Source: Eledone cirrhosa (taxonomy: Eukaryota). Taken from it: DNA of 64,000 nucleotides. Below the pieces are notes generated by a model that worked only from the letters and a program-made list of their open reading frames with translations, had not been told where the DNA came from and made no database searches. Below, piece after piece: positions 60,355-64,000 of the stretch (its first letter is position 1; each line of letters opens with the position of its first letter). Both the position numbers and the translations under genes were made by a program. The stretch is from NCBI GenBank assembly GCA_964016885.1, contig OZ024751.1:16492001-16556000 (forward strand), written 5' to 3'.

Positions 60355-60476
<122 letters not shown>

Positions 60477-60720
60477 GTGAGGTTTTTTTTACAAAATGAA
60501 AAATAACCGAGGTGTCCTACACGAGTGAAAGTATAAAGAAAAAGAGATGAAATCGAAAATGCAACTGAAGTCTTATTTTTTTTTTAAATATATATATTTA
60601 TTTGGTTCCTTTACCGGTTTCGCAGTTCTTCTGCTTTTCAAAAGGTGAGTTGAGATGGAGGGTCTGTGGTTTTTCTCACATCTGATGTGAGAAAAACCAC
60701 AGACCCTCCATCTCAACTCA

Positions 60721-60758
60721 CCTTTTGAAAAGCAGAAGAACTGCGAAACCGGTAAAGG
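60721..60758 (+). ncRNA. Minimal hammerhead, U3-A8 core variant
   Basis: CCTT-TTGAAAA-[GCAG/CTGC]-GAAA-CCGG-TA-AAGG; inverted copy 60608-60645; copy 4496-4533(-). Confidence 0.7.
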
Positions 60759-60830
60759 AACCAAATAAATATATATATTTAAAAAAAAAATAAGACTTCA
60801 GTTGCATTTTCGATTTCATCTCTTTTTCTT

Positions 60831-60893
<63 letters not shown>

Positions 60894-61444
60894 TTTCTGA
60901 ATTTGTTTAGCAAGATTCCTTATCTGAAAACGTGTGTTGAAACTGATATTGTTATACTTTGGGAGGGTGATGTTGCCAATAAGAAACATACACACACCAG
61001 TCGCTTTCACTTCAATTTATTATAAATTTCCGGCTGGTTGGTTGGTTGGTTCTATAACCGGATGGTTGTTCATATATTGTCAAAGTTCTTTCGTCACTCA
61101 TTCTGTGACCTCTTCAGTGACTGGGGATTCTTTTCTTAATTTTTTATTTTGTGCCTCTCCTTTGTTTTGTCCTACGCCATCTTGTTTGGCGTAGGACAGA
61201 ACAAAGGAGAGGCCCAAACAAAGAAAAGAATCCCCAATCACTGAAGAGGTCACAATGTGTGACGAAAAAACTTTGACAATATATGAACAACCATCACGTT
61301 ATAGAACCAACCAACAGAAAATGTATAATAAATTGAAGTGAAAACGACTGGTGCGTGTGTTTCTTATTGGCAACATGACCCTCCCAAAGTATAACTATAT
61401 ATATATATATATATATATATACAGTATATATATACTTATATGTA

Positions 61445-61488
<44 letters not shown>

Positions 61489-61640
61489 GCCATTGTTAAT
61501 TAATAAATAAATCAACTAATACCTTAACACTTCACACAAATATTTCGTTTTATTCATTTTCTAACCCAGGAAAAAGAGAGAAAAAAATAAAAAGGAAAAA
61601 ATTATATTTTTCTTCCTAATAATCGTCTTTTTCTCCCTGT

Positions 61641-61715
<75 letters not shown>

Positions 61716-61737
61716 TATTGCATATACATACATATAT

Positions 61738-61786
<49 letters not shown>

Positions 61787-61825
61787 GCTTATGGTCCACC
61801 TGGTTCCTTACCACATTTCCTTCGT

Positions 61826-61897
<72 letters not shown>

Positions 61898-61921
61898 TAT
61901 ATACATACACACACATATATA

Positions 61922-62021
61922 CAGGGTGTCCACCCAAAAATGTATACACAAATGTTGTCCATTCTTATAAATATTGGCTGTACATGTAATGAAAGTGTAT
62001 ATACATTTTTGGGGACACCCT
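61922..62021. mobile_element. About 100-bp Tc1/mariner-type MITE
   Basis: TIRs CAGGGTGTCC..AAAAATGTATA / TATACATTTTTGGGGACACCCT in TA context. Confidence 0.75.
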
Positions 62022-62300
62022 ATATATATATATATCGATAGGGTATTGTAAAATACCAGGTGGACCATAACCCACCAGAGTACTCGATCCTTGTGGTAGT
62101 AGAGTGGGTAATATGAAAAGAATCTAGCTCCTGAAACGGCCAGAGCTCAGCCGTCGGGGTTCTAATTCTTTATATAGATTAAAGTTTAAGCAAAGAATCG
62201 CTGCTTTCACCCTTAATTTGGTCTACGGTTCTTATACATCTGATATATATTCATCCTTATCGAGCCCTCTTTGGATTTTAGTCTGCAAATTTATTATTAT

Positions 62301-62346
<46 letters not shown>

Positions 62347-62650
62347 TTTCTGAATTTGTTTAGCAAGATTCTTTATCTGATAACGTGTGTTGAAACCGAT
62401 ATTGTTATACTTTGGGAGGGTCATATTGCCAATAAGAGGTCACAGAATGTGTGACGAAAGAACTTTGACAATATATAAACAATCATCTGGTTGTGGAACC
62501 AACCAACCAACCGGAAATTTATAAATTCCTAAATTTATAAATTTATTATAATAAATTGAAGTGAACGCAACTGGTTCGTGTGTTTTTTATTGGCAACATG
62601 ACCCTCCCAAAGTATAACAATATATATATATATATAAATTTCTATATACA

Positions 62651-62770
62651 AATACTACAAGAGAATATTATTACTTCTTTATTTCCTTCAGTGGTGGGTT
62701 GATATCGATTAATACTACAAGAAAATATTATTTCTTCTTTACTTCTTTCAGTGTAGGGTTGATATCGATT
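62651..62770. repeat. Two-copy 60-bp tandem duplication
   Basis: AATACTACAAG...GGGTTGATATCGATT twice. Confidence 0.85.
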
Positions 62771-63170
62771 GAATCCACCATATATACGACCTGTAGATGG
62801 GGGATTTTTTATGGGGGGTGGGGTGGAATAGTGTTTACTCTCTTGAAGTTGTATAGAAAATAAAATTCGAACCGGTACCATCGTTTGATCTGAGAATGCA
62901 GGTAGAGGTACAGAAGTTTAAAAAAAAATGTTACGTAAGTTGTCTTTACACCGTTCTTTTACGCAACTGTTGCATAGTAGCTGCCAAATGTTTTGAATAT
63001 GGTAACTTTTCTTTTGTTTCAGAAAGATAGTTTGATGTTAACTAGTATGAATGCATTACAGCAAATTGACTTTAGAATAGGCTTTAGAAAATCGTACAGT
63101 ATGTTCACTAGGTACTCGGTGGTTCGCGTAGATCTCCTGTCAGGTTAAACGTTGACCTTTAGTCCTTCGA

Positions 63171-63462
63171 GTGAAGGCATGTGGCTTTGTGGATAGAGTA
63201 TTCGGCTCACAATCATAAGGTTGTGAGTTCGATTACCGGCGATGTGTTGTGCCCTTGAGCAAGAGAGCAAGACACTTTATTTCAGGTTGCTCCAGTTCAC
63301 TCAGCTGGCAAAAATGAGTTGTGTCACGCTGAATCTCCCTGAGAGTTGCGTTAAAGTTACGCGTGTCTGTGGAATCCTCAGCCACATGCACGTTAACTTC
63401 ACGAGCAGGTTGTTATGTTGATGGTATCAACTGGAACACTCGTCACCGTAACCGCCAGTTAC
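63171..63462 (+). mobile_element. SINE family A, tail type 2
   Basis: Same tRNA head and core, different tail; diverged copies at about 37140-37370(-), 45075-45310(-), 52000-52300(+). Confidence 0.8.
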
Positions 63463-63889
63463 GTTACAGTCATTCGAGGTCGATAAATAAAGTACTCTTT
63501 CCATAGTGACGTTGATTTGTTCTCTATAGGTCTCTCGTTCTAACTCTTTAATTGAAATAAATTGCCCGTGTCTAACATTGATAAGAATGGGCTCCACCGG
63601 ATTCAAATACATACACCAGGCTGCATACCCCATCCATAGGCGCCCTTACTACTTCCTCGGGAGCACAGATTGCTTGGGGTACCAATTTATAATCTGACAG
63701 ATTCCCCTCGGGATGGAATCTTTGCCAGGTTCCTCAATCTTGTAGAAATAGCAGCCAAATTCCTCTCAAACAACACCCTATCGTCCTTACATGAGGATAC
63801 ATATCTAAATATGTAATATATAATTATACACACACAGACACACACATACACACATATATATATATATATCCAGGGTACATTATAAAATA

Positions 63890-64000
63890 TGGATTAGCAG
63901 TATCGGTAGAGGGTCGGACGCCATGCTTTCCAGCATAGTTATGTCGCCTTACGATCTGAGTTCAAATCCCGCCGAGGTTGACTTTGCCTTTCATCCTTAC
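63890..64000 (+). mobile_element. SINE family B, cut by the window end
   Basis: Reverse complement of about 33106-33215. Confidence 0.85.

Overview
AT-rich, microsatellite-dense animal genomic DNA. The tRNA-derived SINE families and repeat make-up suggest an octopus or other cephalopod (inference). Almost all listed ORFs are (TA)n or trinucleotide artefacts. The real content is: (1) four small candidate exons on + (121-217, 8211-8258, 19521-19625, 38190-38327) that splice in frame into the C-terminus of an unidentified host protein; (2) a 5'-truncated RTE-clade LINE with an intact RT ORF (14698-16143) and a detached, partly inverted 5' piece; (3) a decayed autonomous Helitron with an intron (52.9-57.5 kb), a non-autonomous Helitron, Tx1-like LINE ends in (TATC)n, Rex3/RTE fragments, MITEs and many SINEs; (4) the main signal: the short unique 'islands' between (TA)n runs are about 15 unrelated families of Penelope-like-element (PLE) ends. 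Together they carry about 25 intact or degenerate minimal type I hammerhead ribozyme motifs, usually with palindromic stem III and including a U3-A8 core covariant. They share a fold-back design of a tailed arm plus an inverted tail-less arm, with both ends in TA repeats. All structures were folded and aligned by eye and no database search was run.
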